DNA of 64,000 nucleotides, taken from the NCBI GenBank assembly GCA_050273025.1, contig CP158636.1, forward strand, positions 6,138,001 to 6,202,000, in the 5' to 3' direction. Under the pieces are notes generated by a model. It was given only the letters and a program-made list of their open reading frames with translations. It was not told where the DNA came from and did not search any database. A program made the translations under genes and the position numbers. Below are positions 11,893 to 26,000 of this stretch, one piece after another (within the stretch, counting starts at the first letter, position 1; every line of letters starts with the position of its first letter). Origin of the DNA: Cenococcum geophilum. Lineage: Eukaryota.

Positions 11893-14800
11893 TGTAGCTA
11901 GAAGTGTTAGACACATCGTAAGGGCGGCTAAGGCGCTAGTGGTGAGCGAGCTAATGGCGATTTTCTATGCCGGGCATAGAAAATCGTAATTAGTTAACAG
12001 AGGTTACAGGAGAACACGCGACAAGCCTTACCTCTTGCGACGCGTAGATCTTAGAGAATAAAAATCATCTATCTACAACACCGTATAGTACATATCATTG
12101 TAATATATATATTCTGCACATTATAAAAGTCATACTAATACTAATTAGTGAGCGCGCACAGATTAGGAGATACGCACTTACTTAGAAAATGTTTACGCTC
12201 CACCTTGCAAAGGCCCTATTTCAGTTAAAGAGAATTAAAGTACTTTGGATTTAGAAGACGTCTAACGCTCTACCTTACCCGGAAATACCTTAAATCTACC
12301 CTAGATTTGGAAGACGTTTAATGCTCTACCTTAACTAGAGACAGACTACTGTACTAGTAGTTAACGTAACTACGTTAAGAACGCGACTATACTAAGAACG
12401 CGACCACCCTAACCACTACTTAAACTGTCCCTTAAACGACCACTTAAACCATCCCTTAAACTATTCTACACATCTTCCTTATTTCTTTTAAGATGGCTAT
12501 ACCTATAGACTAGAAGGTAGAAATAGAATAATAGAGGAACGGGATTAATATACAAACGGTAACTAGTAAAGACCTTATAGACTTTATACTATTTAAGTTA
12601 TGGGAATATAATAAGTACAAGTTAATAGATAATAGACTTTAGTCCTCCTTCTAAGACGATTTTGAAACATTTAGTATTAATATATTTTTAAAAGTAAATG
12701 TATAGCACTTTTAAAGTATATATACTTTCCTATAATATAGAGGAGTATATATACGTATAAAGGAGAAACGTATAATATATACGCAACTCTTATTTAAATT
12801 AACCTAGGAAGAACGCCAATATTCCTAGACTTAAGAGAACTTAGATAAGGTATATAATAAGCTAAATAAAAACGAGTTTTAGTTAAACAAAATAAACAAT
12901 ATACTTAAGCGCGGTCTTAACTATAAAGTATTATAAGACCCAATAGTTCGTATAACCCCATTTTAACTATAACAACCATTAAGTGTCTAGACTATAACCC
13001 TACTACTATCTAGAGGAACACTAGTAGGACCTTTACCGTATATAACCCCACGACCCTAAACCGCTCCCCTCTTATAGATACTAACTATACTAGGATAGGG
13101 CAAAGAGATTTCTAACGCAGTAAAGATATATACAGAGGAACTTAAATATAATGGTATAAATAGCAGCTTTAATTATAAACTTACTATCTTCTATAATATC
13201 TATAACCAATCTAATGTTCTATAAGAGGCTTATAATAAAGCTTTACTAATTATATTAATAGGTCTAGCCTTAAACTAGTACTTTAACAGCGGACTTAGTA
13301 ATCTCTTATTTAAAGACACTTGCAGGCACCTTTACAATTTCTTTAAAGGCCCTAGCTTAGAACGTAAGAACCTTAGTAAATAAAATGCAATCTTATTAAG
13401 GACGATAATAAATAAGAACACAGATAAATCGACTAGCGATTGCCTCCAAATATTAATCGATATACTCTCCCAACTATAGTATGGCCTTACCCCAGAACTA
13501 TAAATAACACCATTCCTAACTAATAAACTTATTACATCTTGCTAGGGAATTCACGTATGCCAATTTGCTGTATTAGACCTACCTTAAGAACTAGGCCCCC
13601 TTATTAAAAACTATAGTCCTTAATTACGGCTTATAAAAAACAGAACCTAGAGTAAGCTTAAACTTAAGCTTACTATACAGATTGTTGGTACTTTAGAAGG
13701 GAGAATAACTATAATTAGTATTAAAACCATAACTAATATTAAAACCAAACTTATAACTAAAACCATAACCGCGACCGCACCCGCCTTTATTTCTCTCTAT
13801 ATTATAAACTACGTTGCTTTATATATAATAAGAAAGGCTGCCAATTATAAAACTATACCTAAGAAGAATAAAAAGAGTCTAAAGCTAAGTTTAGAACCAC
13901 TAATAGAGATAAGTTTAGTAAATTTAACAACCGATTTAATAAACGACTTAATTAATATATTATAGACTATAAAGATAATAATATTAACTTAGAAGAAGAG
14001 CTTAAGGAAGCTTTTTAAGCACTAACTATTAATACAAATTATAAGGCAACCGACAAGAACTCTTAACTAGACATTAACCACTTCTATACCTCTTTTAGCC
14101 AAGTAGAACAGTATAAAGCAACTTTTATAGCTGCTACCCTAGCTAATAAAGCCTTTAGCTATTTAGTTACAATTATAGACAATATAACACCTCTTATAAC
14201 CAACTAGGACCCCTTTACCTACAATATAACCATATCTACGTCCCGCTATACTACAGACTACTTTATAGGTATAATAATTAACACAGGAGTATCTAAACAA
14301 TCTATAGTAGGATATGGCTAATTCCTAGCATTCTAAAGACTTAATACTGGTATATAACTTAATACCACCAGATAAGGTATAGTTAATGTATAATTTAGCA
14401 TTAGATTAACCTTATTAATTAAATTAACTAAAGTAACTACCCTAATTGGCACAATTAAGTTTTATATTATTAAAGTCGACACCCTATTTTTGCTCTACCT
14501 GGCAGATATAGATTAACTATAAGTATACTTTAACAACCTAAAAAATATACTAATTACCCCTTAGAGCGAAGTACCAGTTATATATTACTTTAGCCATCTA
14601 TTCCTCCTTTAAAACACATCCCTATATAACTACTTAACTATATCATTTAATTAAAACCCTTGCTACTTAACTAACATTAAATTAAGACGACTATATCGTC
14701 GCTTCGGCCACCCTTTAGTTAAGCGTCTTACACGAATACTTAAACGCTTAGGGCACGACATTAATAGCAAGACTTTAGACCATCTTACACGTTACTGCCA

Positions 14801-17800
14801 CCATTATTAAAAATATAGAAAGTCGCCTAGTAGATTTAGATTTACCTTATATAATAATATTAATTTTAACTACTTAATCGTGGTTAATATTATGTATATT
14901 AATGGCATACCTCTACTATATATTATTAATAAAGGAATACGATTTTAAGCTAGTAGATAGCTGTAAAGCATTAGCGCTAAGCATATATGGGATATACTAC
15001 GAATATACTAGATCGATATATACCTAGAACCCCCTAATATTATTATATACAATATAGGCAAGAACTTTATAAGTAAAGAATTTAAATAATACGCTATAAT
15101 ACTCGGAACAGTTACAAAAGGCGTACCTATTAAAGCCCATAATTTAGTTAGAATAGTAGAACGTTACTATAGCCCCCTCCGTCGCATATACCATATTATT
15201 ATTATAAAACTACCGGATATTAATAAAGATATAGCTTTATAAATAGCTTTTAAAGCAATTAACGACTCCGTAGGCCCTAATAGTCTTATACTTACCTTAT
15301 TAGTATTTAGAGCTTACCTATATATAGTAGAATCCAATATACCTAATCCTACGGTTATAAAATAAGCAGTAGCTCTTAAAAAGGCTATAGAAGAAGTTAA
15401 GAAGCTTAAAGCTAAGCGCTAAGTAGTAGATACCCTTAACATGCGTAACGGACCTAAGACAACCGCGATTTATAACCTACCGCTTAACTTACCTATATTA
15501 GTATGGAGAGAAGGACCTATAGGCCAACCTAGCTACTGGTCTGGTCCGTATAACCTACTTAGCATTAAAAATAAAACCTATACTATATAACTTCCCTATA
15601 GACCCTAAAATTATAAAAGATATATAACTAGAAGATAACAATATTAAACTACCTTTACCTTAAACTGAGCCTAAACCTTAACCTTAAACTAAGCCTAGAC
15701 CTTAACCCGTTAAATGCGGAAGAGGTAGACTATATAAGTACCCTATTAAAGCAAATACCGTAAATATCTTAATTTATCTATAGGATAAGGATAATAATCA
15801 ACTTATAAATCTTAATTAGTTTATAGTATTACGCTAGAAGGAGATTAAGGGATTACTTAAGAAAGGAGTTTTTAAATTAGTTAACCCTAAGGATATACCA
15901 CAAGGCAATAAAGTATTTAACTCTAGATTTGTTAATAAGATTAAAAACCCCAGCACTAATAAAGCCTTTAAGAAGTTAAGACTAGTTATATAGGCCTATA
16001 ACGACCTAAAGAAAGACCTTATACTAACCTAATTACCTATAATTTAACAAGTTAGCCAACGCCTTATTCTTTGCATTATAGCCATAACTTAGAACAATAG
16101 TATATATCTCTACTTATAAGACATTTTATAGGCCTATATATAATTAACTATAAAACTAAACCGAGACTTTTATATTAAAGCACCTCTTAAACTTAGTATA
16201 GCACTTAGAGTCTTATAAGGCATAATTCTAAAGGTCGTTAGACCTTTATACGGCATTTTTAAGGTAGGTAATTATTAGTTTAAGACTTACTATAACCACT
16301 ATATTAAAGAACTAAACATAAGCCAATCTACTTATAACCCCTGCCTACTTCACCTTAAAAACACTATAAGTTTTAGAATAGTTGGTTTATAGACTAATAA
16401 TACCCTCCTACTAGTTAACTTAGTTTTTACAGCTTTAGAATAGGAGAAGATTAAGAAAGCTAAGTTCCTAACTAAAAAACGCAAGTAACTTATACCGAAA
16501 CACCTAATTAAGTTTAATAGAGGTATTGTCCAATAATAGGATTATATAATTACGCTTATATAAGAGCGCCAATACTAGAACTTAACCCTTATTAATATTA
16601 AGGAAGCTACTATAATAACTAGTTCCAGAGGTACTATTCGCACAGTACTTACACCTAAGGACTAATATATCGCCTAACGAGTAAGAGGAGCTTATATTGC
16701 GTCCGTATGCCAGCCTAAAGCTTCTTTTAATTTATCCTACGCTGCCTAGGTAATTAACCCTAATAAAAAAGACGCAAAACTACTTAATAAGAGAATTTAG
16801 TGGCAAATTAAGAACTTAATAAGAGGCTTAAGCTTTATTAAGCTTAATATAAAGACACTTTAACTACTTATATTTACTAATTCCTTATTCGCAAATAATA
16901 AAGACCTCTTATTATAGATTGGATATATCCTAGTACTAGCAAACTTATTAAATAAGGCGAATATTATCCACTAGTCCTTAGTTAAGTATAAGAGAATTAC
17001 TAAAAGCGTACTAGCCTCCGAATTATATACTATAGCCTATAGTTTTAACATCGGCGCTGTAATTAAGGCCATAATTAAATTATAACTTAACATTAGCCTC
17101 CCGCTTATTCTTTGCACTAATTCTAAGTTAATTTATAAATGCCTTATTAAACTAGAAACTATATAAGAGAAAAAACTTATAATTAATATTATATGCCTAC
17201 GCTAGTTATATAAAAGACGCGAAATAGCGGAAGTTAAATAGATTAACGGAGACAGTAACCCTATAGACGCTATAACTAAAAGCAAACTATTATTAGCCCT
17301 TAAGCGACTTATTAATATAAACCGAATTAAGTTAAAGACAGTGGAATGGGTAAAACGCACTATATTAGTAACCTAGTTAATTAACGTGTAAATATAGCAA
17401 AGAGGGTATATACGATCTCTGTGTTACGTAACCGCAATCTATAGTAATCTATGGCAACCTATAGCAATCTGCCTGCACCTATAACACTACCTAGTACTAT
17501 TATAACCTATACTATAATAGTAAGAAAGGAAGGAAGGAGAAGTGCGTATATGGATTTTTAAATTATACAGTTGTAGGATACCGGATCTTCACGTTTTCTA
17601 AAGTATTCCTAGTGTAGCTAGAAGTATTAGATACATCATAAGGGCGGCTAAGGCGCTAGTGGTAAGCGAGCCAATGGCGATTTTCCATGCCGGGCATGGA
17701 AAATCGTAATTGGTTGATAAAGGTCACAGGAGAACACGCAATAAGCCTTACCTCTCGCGACGCGTAGATCTTAGAGAATAAAAATCATCCATCTACAACA

Positions 17801-17860
17801 CCGCATAGTACATATCATTGTGATATATGTATTCTGCACGTTGTAAAAGTCATACCAACA
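11893..17860 (+). mobile_element. Full-length Ty1/copia retrotransposon, RIPed
   Basis: 248-bp LTRs at 11893-12140 and 17613-17860, TSD gtaaa. Copia domain order: gag, integrase (RRFGHP, ~14700), RT (~15830-16800), RNase H (FTDSSFANNKD-like, ~16870). Confidence 0.92.
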
Positions 17861-18062
17861 GTAAATAACCTAGGCTTATAACTGCCGAACAGGACGATTA
17901 AAAAGAACTCCGGTTTATTGCGAGAGGCTCCAGAGCCTTATTAAATACACGAAGTGGGTGGGTCAAAGGTACGTAGTGATCGACGCCAGGCCAACACATT
18001 TTTGCAATCTAGCTCCCCTGTTGTGTTCGTGAAAGCCTTTAGAAAAGCCTTATTCAAGAAGC

Positions 18063-20240
18063 TCATCCATGTGCTTGCTGTAACGCTATTTGCAGATTGT
18101 TCCCTGCGATGCCAGTTGGATGGACTGTGCTGTTGCGAAAATAGCATTCGACGCTATGGGCTTGGGAACTTTTCCGGACGCCTTTCCAGTCGGCCAGGCA
18201 CTCCCAGCAGAATTCATGATTACAAAACCGGCCTGTAAATTACGGCAATTAGATGTATACTTTATGGTGGCGGCTCATGTGTTGGTTAAATATACGTTAT
18301 GATCAGAAAGGCGTGGGTAAAGTCATTTTGACATCAAAAGGTATCTTACATGTCATGTGAAAACAACCGTTTCCCTTCGTAATCCTGACTCCACATTCTG
18401 GACACCCTTTGGTGGTTCCCAATATGCATTTCTGTGTCTGTGCATAATTCGGATCGCCAGACAAGCGTGAATTATCAAATTCAGTGCAAGTAATATCCGT
18501 ATGCCAGGGCTGTTGATGCGTAAAGCACATCATAAACCCACACTCCTCACAGCGTACTGCTGCAAAAGAAGGATCGACGTTATCATACACTTGGCCATTT
18601 TCGCATGTACTCGATAAGCACCAGCGAAAATTCGGCTCGGAAGAGAGAGCTCGCCGAAGGAGGATTTTATCGTATCTACGGCGCGTATTAGCATAGGTGA
18701 TTAGCGTTCTAGATTCTGTTAATATATTTCGTGACCTTTCGAAAGTTTCGGGCTCTGTGAGGTTCCGGATATCCTCGTAGTTCAGAACTCTGTTACACTG
18801 AGCACATGTCACCTGGTTGACGTCACCGCTTTCAAGCGATGTAGAAATATGTCTAGCAGTACAGGCTCGACAGACGTCGAAATCGTGATCGCAACTTTGT
18901 ATCGCACTATTAGGATACTCTAACATACTCCACATCCACGGTCCAGTGTATCCAGCACAATCTTGTTCCCATTGTTCTAGTATTCCATAATCTATCTCAT
19001 ACTTTTCTTCAACGCACACTATGCATTCCTTCGGAATATGCTGCCGTTCGAAAAGTCCCGAGAAGATGGGAATTGTTAAGTCATCGATCTTGCTCAGGAT
19101 GATAGGTCCGGGATTAAATTCAGGTACTTTTTCGAATTCGGATATTGGTCGGCCGATCGTGACATCGAAGAAGTTTCTCATGTAACCTTTCTTGATGAGG
19201 TGCGCGTGAAGTTGTGCAGCCACATCTAGCGCTTTCGAATCTGGCCGTGGATCGAGATCTCGAAGTGCTTGCCGATATTTGCGAGCCTTTTTGAAGCTAG
19301 GACAGTGAGCTTCATACGCAAGAGGAAGATAGCAAACAGCATACTTCTTTACATATTCATCCTTATCATTTACGTCCCGACACCCAAAGTAATTCAAGAC
19401 TTTCTCTAGCTTCTTTTCGGTGGGAATCCAAGAAGGGCAATTTTGATCCCAGACATGCTTTAGCCACTTCATATTCCCTAGGTCACGCCACCAGTCACGC
19501 CAAATAGCCTCAAGAAGAGTTTCGAGACCGCATGCTGAGCATACGTTTCCAAGGTGCACATTACATAGCTTGGGATATTCGTCCAAGTCATGAAAAAGAG
19601 CAAAAGTATTGGACTTTTTAACCTTCAATCGGGGTTTGAAACACTTGGTGCATGTCTGAATGTAAATTTCACTGTAAAGGTCGCCATACGTCGCCCTATC
19701 CGGAAGAAGTTGTCCGAGTTGGTGAGCCTGATCTGGAGTTAAAGTAATATCGAGTGCACCAGCAGGAATTGGGGGGACACGTTCCAGTGTAGGAACGGGG
19801 GGGTTGTTGCTGCTGTTTAGAGTGGATGCTCCGAAGTTAGCTTCCATGATTCGCATCATGAGAACCATTCGCAGGGTTACTGGCCATGCCGTACTACCGA
19901 CAACCATATTGGGCTTTTGGCGTAACTCCACAATTTCTTGAGAGAGCGTATGGTTCTCGGATTGGATGTCTTGCACAGAATTAGCGACCTCTCTTATTAA
20001 TGCTTCCACAATCCTTTTTCAGTTCGTTCCGGAGCACCTTTTTGTCTTTTGATGTTAGGCTAAGAGCTCCGTCTTTATAATCTAATACACTAAAAACTCA
20101 CATAACGCATTAATGAGGTCGCCTAGATAGACTTGTGCGTCTACCCTTGAACGAAGTTTCTGCATGGGAGTCCTGGACCACAGCCTTCCATCGTCTTTTT
20201 GGTTAGCAATGGTTTGTCCATTACGAAACATGCGAGACAT
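18063..20240 (-). CDS. RBR (RING1-IBR-RING2) E3 ubiquitin ligase-like protein; 5 predicted exons; apparent +1 frameshift at 20015-20019
   Basis: RING1 CIVC..CDHDFDVCRAC..CAQC; IBR WCLSSTC..CEECGFMMCFTH..WH...TC; RING2 CPEC..GCFHMTC|RFCNHEFCWEC. GT-AG introns with branch sites at 20046-20101, 19297-19344, 18676-18735 and 18233-18349. Last exon ends ...AHSVECYFR...QQAHG with TGA at 18063. The start ATG at 20240 is inferred. Confidence 0.85.
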
Positions 20241-21057
20241 TTTCCTGGTAATCTCAATCTGATTTCGGAAGGCAGTCAATATTCTTGAGTCCAGTAATAG
20301 CTGCTAGGAATTATATTCCAAAACTATAGTACACCTAGGTTGGGATGGAAAAAGTAGTAACACTGTGAAGAGGTGCGGGGCGCAGTTAGGGCCGCTTTGA
20401 AGCATGAGCTGGCAAACTTTGCCAAGATAAGTTAAGCGGCTGAGAGCCTGAAATATGAGCCGTTCGATTATTGGCGGTTGAACAGAGTGTAGCAGGGAGA
20501 ATTAGGAGACTGTTTCGTGCTTAGATCTACTGCCATTTATGACTCTACAGATCGCCTCTATAGAAGATGGGGTAGTTTGAACAGATATTAATACGGCTTT
20601 CGTGGGTACAGCCCAATGAGCTTAGAAAAAAATAAGCCCATTGAATTTAAGTCTGGTCAGTACATCAACGAACGTACGCGCTAAGGAACCTGCCGCTTTC
20701 GGTTACGTATAGTCCCCGCCTTGCTTTTACAGTTAAATCTCTTTAATACGATACCGTTCGTTCGGCCGAGCATACCGTAGTGCCAGTAATATTGTTATAT
20801 TAAGAGTCACGTGTTAGGTAAGTAAATAGGAAAAAGAGGAGCTTAATACCTAAAAAGGCTTAGGATATCTACTTCACGGGCCAAATAGGGCCCTCTCCCA
20901 TACAAATTCTCTACTAATATTAGTGGTAGGTGTTTAGCGATATTGTCAAAAGTCAGATTATCGTAATATTACACCAAAAAAGGCTTAATTAAGGGGTGTA
21001 GATCGTAATGCGGAGGATATCGTTATATACCCCATATTATATTAAGGAGGTTTAACT

Positions 21058-21169
21058 ATATCTTATAAATCAGACCCTTGGGGGACCGATGGTACGTATA
21101 CTACGCGCACGGGTAGGCATACTGCTCCTTATTAACCAACAAATTCTCTCTTAAGAGTTTAAGAGCTTA
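21058..21169. repeat. Inverted copy of the hairpin module at 1646-1757
   Basis: tatcttataaatcagacccttggggga...ctacgcgcacggg.aggcatactgctccttattaaccaac...aagagctta matches the reverse complement of 1646-1757. Confidence 0.9.
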
Positions 21170-23017
21170 CTCCTTTAGGGGGCCCTCGCTCTGTATATAT
21201 ATTCCATTTCTTATATACATTTTAAAGTTTAACGTATCTTTTCTTCTATTAGGTAGTCTTATACTATAACTACTATTTATATAGCAGTTATGTCAATATA
21301 TAGGTCTAGTAGTAGAACTACTGCTTCGCGTTCTAGTATAGCGCGTAGTATTCTCCTATAGGCCCCTATAGCTTTATATAGGCATTAGTTTTATATCTTA
21401 GCTAGTAGCGCTAGGGGGCTTTTTATTAACCCCTTACCGCTTAGTTCTAGGCCCTAGATCTAGGAGCTATATAGTATTATTAGCCTTATAACTGCTATAT
21501 ATAGTAGACGTATATATCTAAAAGAGGGTCACTATATTAAGGCAGTAATTTGTAAAACTACTAAGAATACTGCTACTCCCCTATAGGTCGCCTGTATAAT
21601 ATACTCGTTCTAATTTAGTTTAAAATCTACCTAGATTCCTAGGACCTTAAGGGTAGCTTCTAGTTTTATTTTACAGCCCTAGATATTTACTATTAAGGCT
21701 AGGTTGCTACTTGCCCTCCTTTTCCTTATAAAGTAGATAAGCTAGTATTTATCTAGTATAAATTTAGCGCCGTATTACTTTGCCTATATAATACACCTAT
21801 TATACGCCTAGTTTAGCCTAATGTAGTTTTCTACTACTATATTTCCCTATATAATTAAGTTTATATTATTTATAAATCTTAGGGCTATTATCTCCTAGCT
21901 ATTATTATATGTCTCTAATAATTTAGATATAAAGAAAAGGAATAGGATTAGTAATAGGGGTAATCACTATAGGTATAGGTATTAGCTTACTTTTATAGCC
22001 CTTAATTACAAATTTAGTAGTATACCCTATTAGGAATACTTAGATAAACTTAATTATCTAGTCTAGTAGGCCCTTATTTCTTAGGATCTATAAAAGTCTT
22101 ATATAATATATTATTAAAGGCTCTGCTTAGGTCTAGGCTTAGTATAGATATAATATATCCTAGGTAAGCTTACTATACTACTTAGATATTAGAGGTAATT
22201 AAGGAAAAGGCTAAAAGGGTTAATTATTTCTTTCTTACGCTTATTTGTATCTATAGTAGTATCTCCTATATTTCTGCTACTTCTTATATACATTCTATAA
22301 CTATCTTTTCTAGGAGTTTTCCTAGGGTATTTTTTTTAGGGTAATTGGACGGTAGCTTTCTAAAAGGAAGTGGTTTTTTTTCTTTACCTTTTATAGGATA
22401 CCTATAGTTATTGCTATAAAGTATTTAGGTAGTTCGCCTCTCTAGAGATAGGTGGTTATAGCCTTAGTAAGTATTACTACTACTTCTACCATAGCTTTAA
22501 TTGCCTTATTTATAATCTTATTTAGCCCTAGCGCTTTACTAGTAAAGAGCTTTTATATAGCGTCTTTTATTTCTTTTACTAATATTATATAGCTTATTTT
22601 AATAGGTAGGGAGTAAGGTAGGCTACTAATATCCTATAGGTTTGCTTAGCCCATACCTAGAAAAAACCTCTCTACTAGTATTTTAATTTTTCCTTTATTA
22701 TTATTTATATACTAATCCTATTCTATTTAGCGGAGTATAGGTAGATAAAGGTCCCCTAGCGTCTCTTTAGCGGCCTACCTACTCCACTTTAATATACGCT
22801 AAAGTCCCTTATTATATAGTTTAGTAAGGTTTAAGGTAGTTTCTTTTAAGAATTAGCGCTAGTTATTTCTTCCTTATTTCTCTATTATCTTCTTAAGTCT
22901 ATTCTTTAGGGCCTTATAGCTCTAGTAGTAGTAGGCTTCGCCTATTATACTATACTATTGCCTTATCTTTCTTATGCCTATAAGTAGCTAGGCCACTACT
23001 AGCAACTATTCGCGGCG
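21170..23017 (-). mobile_element. LINE (Tad1-like) ORF2 reverse-transcriptase remnant; resumes at 38874-39029
   Basis: RIP-reverted minus-strand motifs YRPI(T)L.NTLGK, LSLDLS.AF, SPLSPILFLFFI and FAPDKYQLIHF. Interrupted by gypsy A with TSD cggcg. Confidence 0.8.
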
Positions 23018-26000
23018 TATTACAGACGCTTTAAGTACAATATTATAACTACTTAAAGAGGAGTTAAAAGAAGCTAGTTAGTTAATATAGGTATGGTTTA
23101 GAATGGAGCCAATAGAGCTATATAATAAGGAATAGTAGCTAAGGTTATATAACGTAATCTATATAATCTATAGGATCCGCAGGATCTGTAATAAAGTAGA
23201 TAGAGCATACGTACCTTATATACTAAGGGGATTTCTTAAGAGTATAGTTGTGTATTTAAAGGACCACAGTCCCTACCTAGATAGTTCTTTCCTTTGTAGT
23301 AAATCTTAGAATATAATTAGAGTTAATCTATTAGGCAACTACTCCACTAGTTATTATTACATTATTAACTTCTTATTTACCTATATACCCAGCCCATTAA
23401 TAAGTTTACCGTAATTCCTACTATAAGGCTTTGTTATATATTTACTACTAAGATTACGGTATTAATAAAGTTGAATAATATACCACTAAAAGCAGCCACT
23501 ATAACACTATCGACGGCGGCAACTACTTTAAGGTTAGGTAACGACACTAGTATAGCAAACACTGACTTATAGCAACCTATAACAGTTAGACAGTTATAAG
23601 AGATAGTTAACTAGTTAATAGAAAATAATGCGATATTAGAAAATAGGATTAACGGGATAGAAGCAGCAAAGATTAAGTTACTATTAATTAAAAGATACTT
23701 AGGAGAAAGATTAAAACTTAAAGGATTCCTTACGCAAATATACTTTAAGGTAACGTAAGAAGAAGCGAAATTACTAATACCTATAGATTAAATAGTATAT
23801 ACGGGACTATTCCTATTAGGGAGAGCACTTAAATAGTTTAAGCCTTACCTTACGGAAATATAAGCGAATAGTATAACGACCACTAATTAAGAAGTACGGT
23901 TTATATTTATAAGCTAGGAAGAGTTTATAAAGCAACTTATATAAATATTTGGAGACCTAGAGGCAGTAACTATAGTAAAAAAAAACTCTAAGATATTACG
24001 CAATAAACCTTAGTAATTAAGTATATAATATAGTTCCAAATATTAGCAATATAAGTAGAGTAGAATAATAAGGCGCTTATAGTATAGTATAAGTAAGAAC
24101 TTAAGGCTAAAGTCTAAGACGTGATTATCCTAATAAAAGATGCGGAAACCCTATAGAAGTTAATAGATTAAGTAATTAAGATTAATAATTAGATCTACTA
24201 AAGGGAATAGGCTAAGAGAGGCTAGAATGGAGTTTTATAGTTTTATAAGGCGTAGAGTACGCAATAACTAAAGCTAAGTTAAAAACTATAGTATGGCGCA
24301 GAGCTAATAGACCTAAGTAGTACTAAAGAATTTAGAAGATAAAATAAGAAATTATAAAAACCTAGAGGATAAGGATTAAGTAATTAAAGGTCTAAGAAGC
24401 AGAGGCTAAACCAGAGATCTTAGCAGCAGAAGACATTTAGGCGGACTCTATAGTAAGAAAAATGGTTTAAAGAAGGAGCTTATATAAATTATAGAAAACA
24501 GGGTTATTACGTTAAAAACTATAAAAGTGGTTAAAGTTACTATATAGTAAAAGGAATAAGACTAGTAGACGATATATATATATAGAGGGATAATAATATA
24601 CTGCAAGGAACAAAAGAATGTTTAATTAAAAGCTTTGCGTTTTATTATAATAACATATACTAAATTTATAAGGACGCTAAGTATAGCGTAAGCTATTAGC
24701 TATAGAAGCTATATTTAGCGGAATATAAAGGAACTAATAAACTAGTTTATAGATTAGATATTAAGGACAATAAATTTAATATAGGCGAAATATTTTATAA
24801 CGATAAGGTAGTAAAGGCGGCTTACTAAAAGTATATAGACCTTAAAAATATTATATAAGAGGTAGAGGATAATTCCACTACAGAATAGGGAATATTAGTA
24901 GGGATTAAGACCCTACTAGATATAATGTCTATTGCTTTATAAGACGTATGTTACGGACGCTTTAAGTACAATATTACGACTACTTAGAGAAGAGACGGAA
25001 GAAGCTAGTTAGTTAATTTAGGCACGGTCCAGAATGGAGCCGATAGAACTATGTGACGAGGAATAGTAACCGAGGTCATATAATGTGCTACGTATTAAAT
25101 AAGAGGAATAAGAGGAACTTACGTGCCTTATGTATAAGACGTATATTACGTATAAGAAGGATTTTATAGAAGTACGGTTGTGTATTTAAGGACCCTTAGT
25201 CCCTACCTAGATAGTTCCTTCCTTATAGTAATTCTTAGAATATAATTAGAGTTAATTTGTTAGGCAACTACTCCACCAGTTATTATTACGTTGTTGACTT
25301 TTATACTTATATTTCCTATACACCTAGCCTAATAACGAGCCCATCGTAGTTCTTGCTATAAGGTTCCGTTATATAATTACTACTCAATTATAGTATTAAT
25401 ATAAGAAGTTGAACAATATACCACCAAAAGCAGCTACTATAATGCTATTGACGGCAGCAACTACTTTAGGGACAGGAGGTGATACCAGTATAGCGGATAC
25501 TGACTTATAGTAACCTGTAATGGTTAGATAGCTATAGGAAATAGTTAACTAGCTAATAGCTAATAATATAGTATTAGAAGAAAGACTTAACGGAATAGGA
25601 GCAGTAAAGATTAAGCTACTATTAATTAAGAGATTTATAGGAGAGAGGTTAAAGCTTAAAGGATTCCTTATATAGATGCACTTTAAGGTCTTATAGAAGG
25701 GAGCAAAATTACCTATACCCGTGGATTGGATAGCCTATATAGGACTATTTTTATTAAGAAAAGCACTTAAGTAGTTTAAACCTTATCTTACGGAGATATA
25801 GGCGAACGGGATAATAACCACTAACTAAGATATGTAATTTATGTTCTTAAGTTAGGAAGGATTTATAGAATAACTAACGTAGATATTTAGAGACCTGGAA
25901 GAAATAACTATAGTAGAAAGAAAACTTTAGAACCTTATATAACGAACTTTAGCAATTAAGTATATAATATAGTTCCAGACACTAGCAATATAAGTAGAGT

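Noticed and set aside
18160..18180. Suspected frameshift in the last RBR exon
   Set aside because: Recounting gives CGG AAA AGT TCC, so the frame is intact to the TGA at 18063.
17941..18302. Three short ORFs near the 3' end of the RBR gene
   Set aside because: They are shadow frames overlapping the last RBR exon, intron and 3' UTR.
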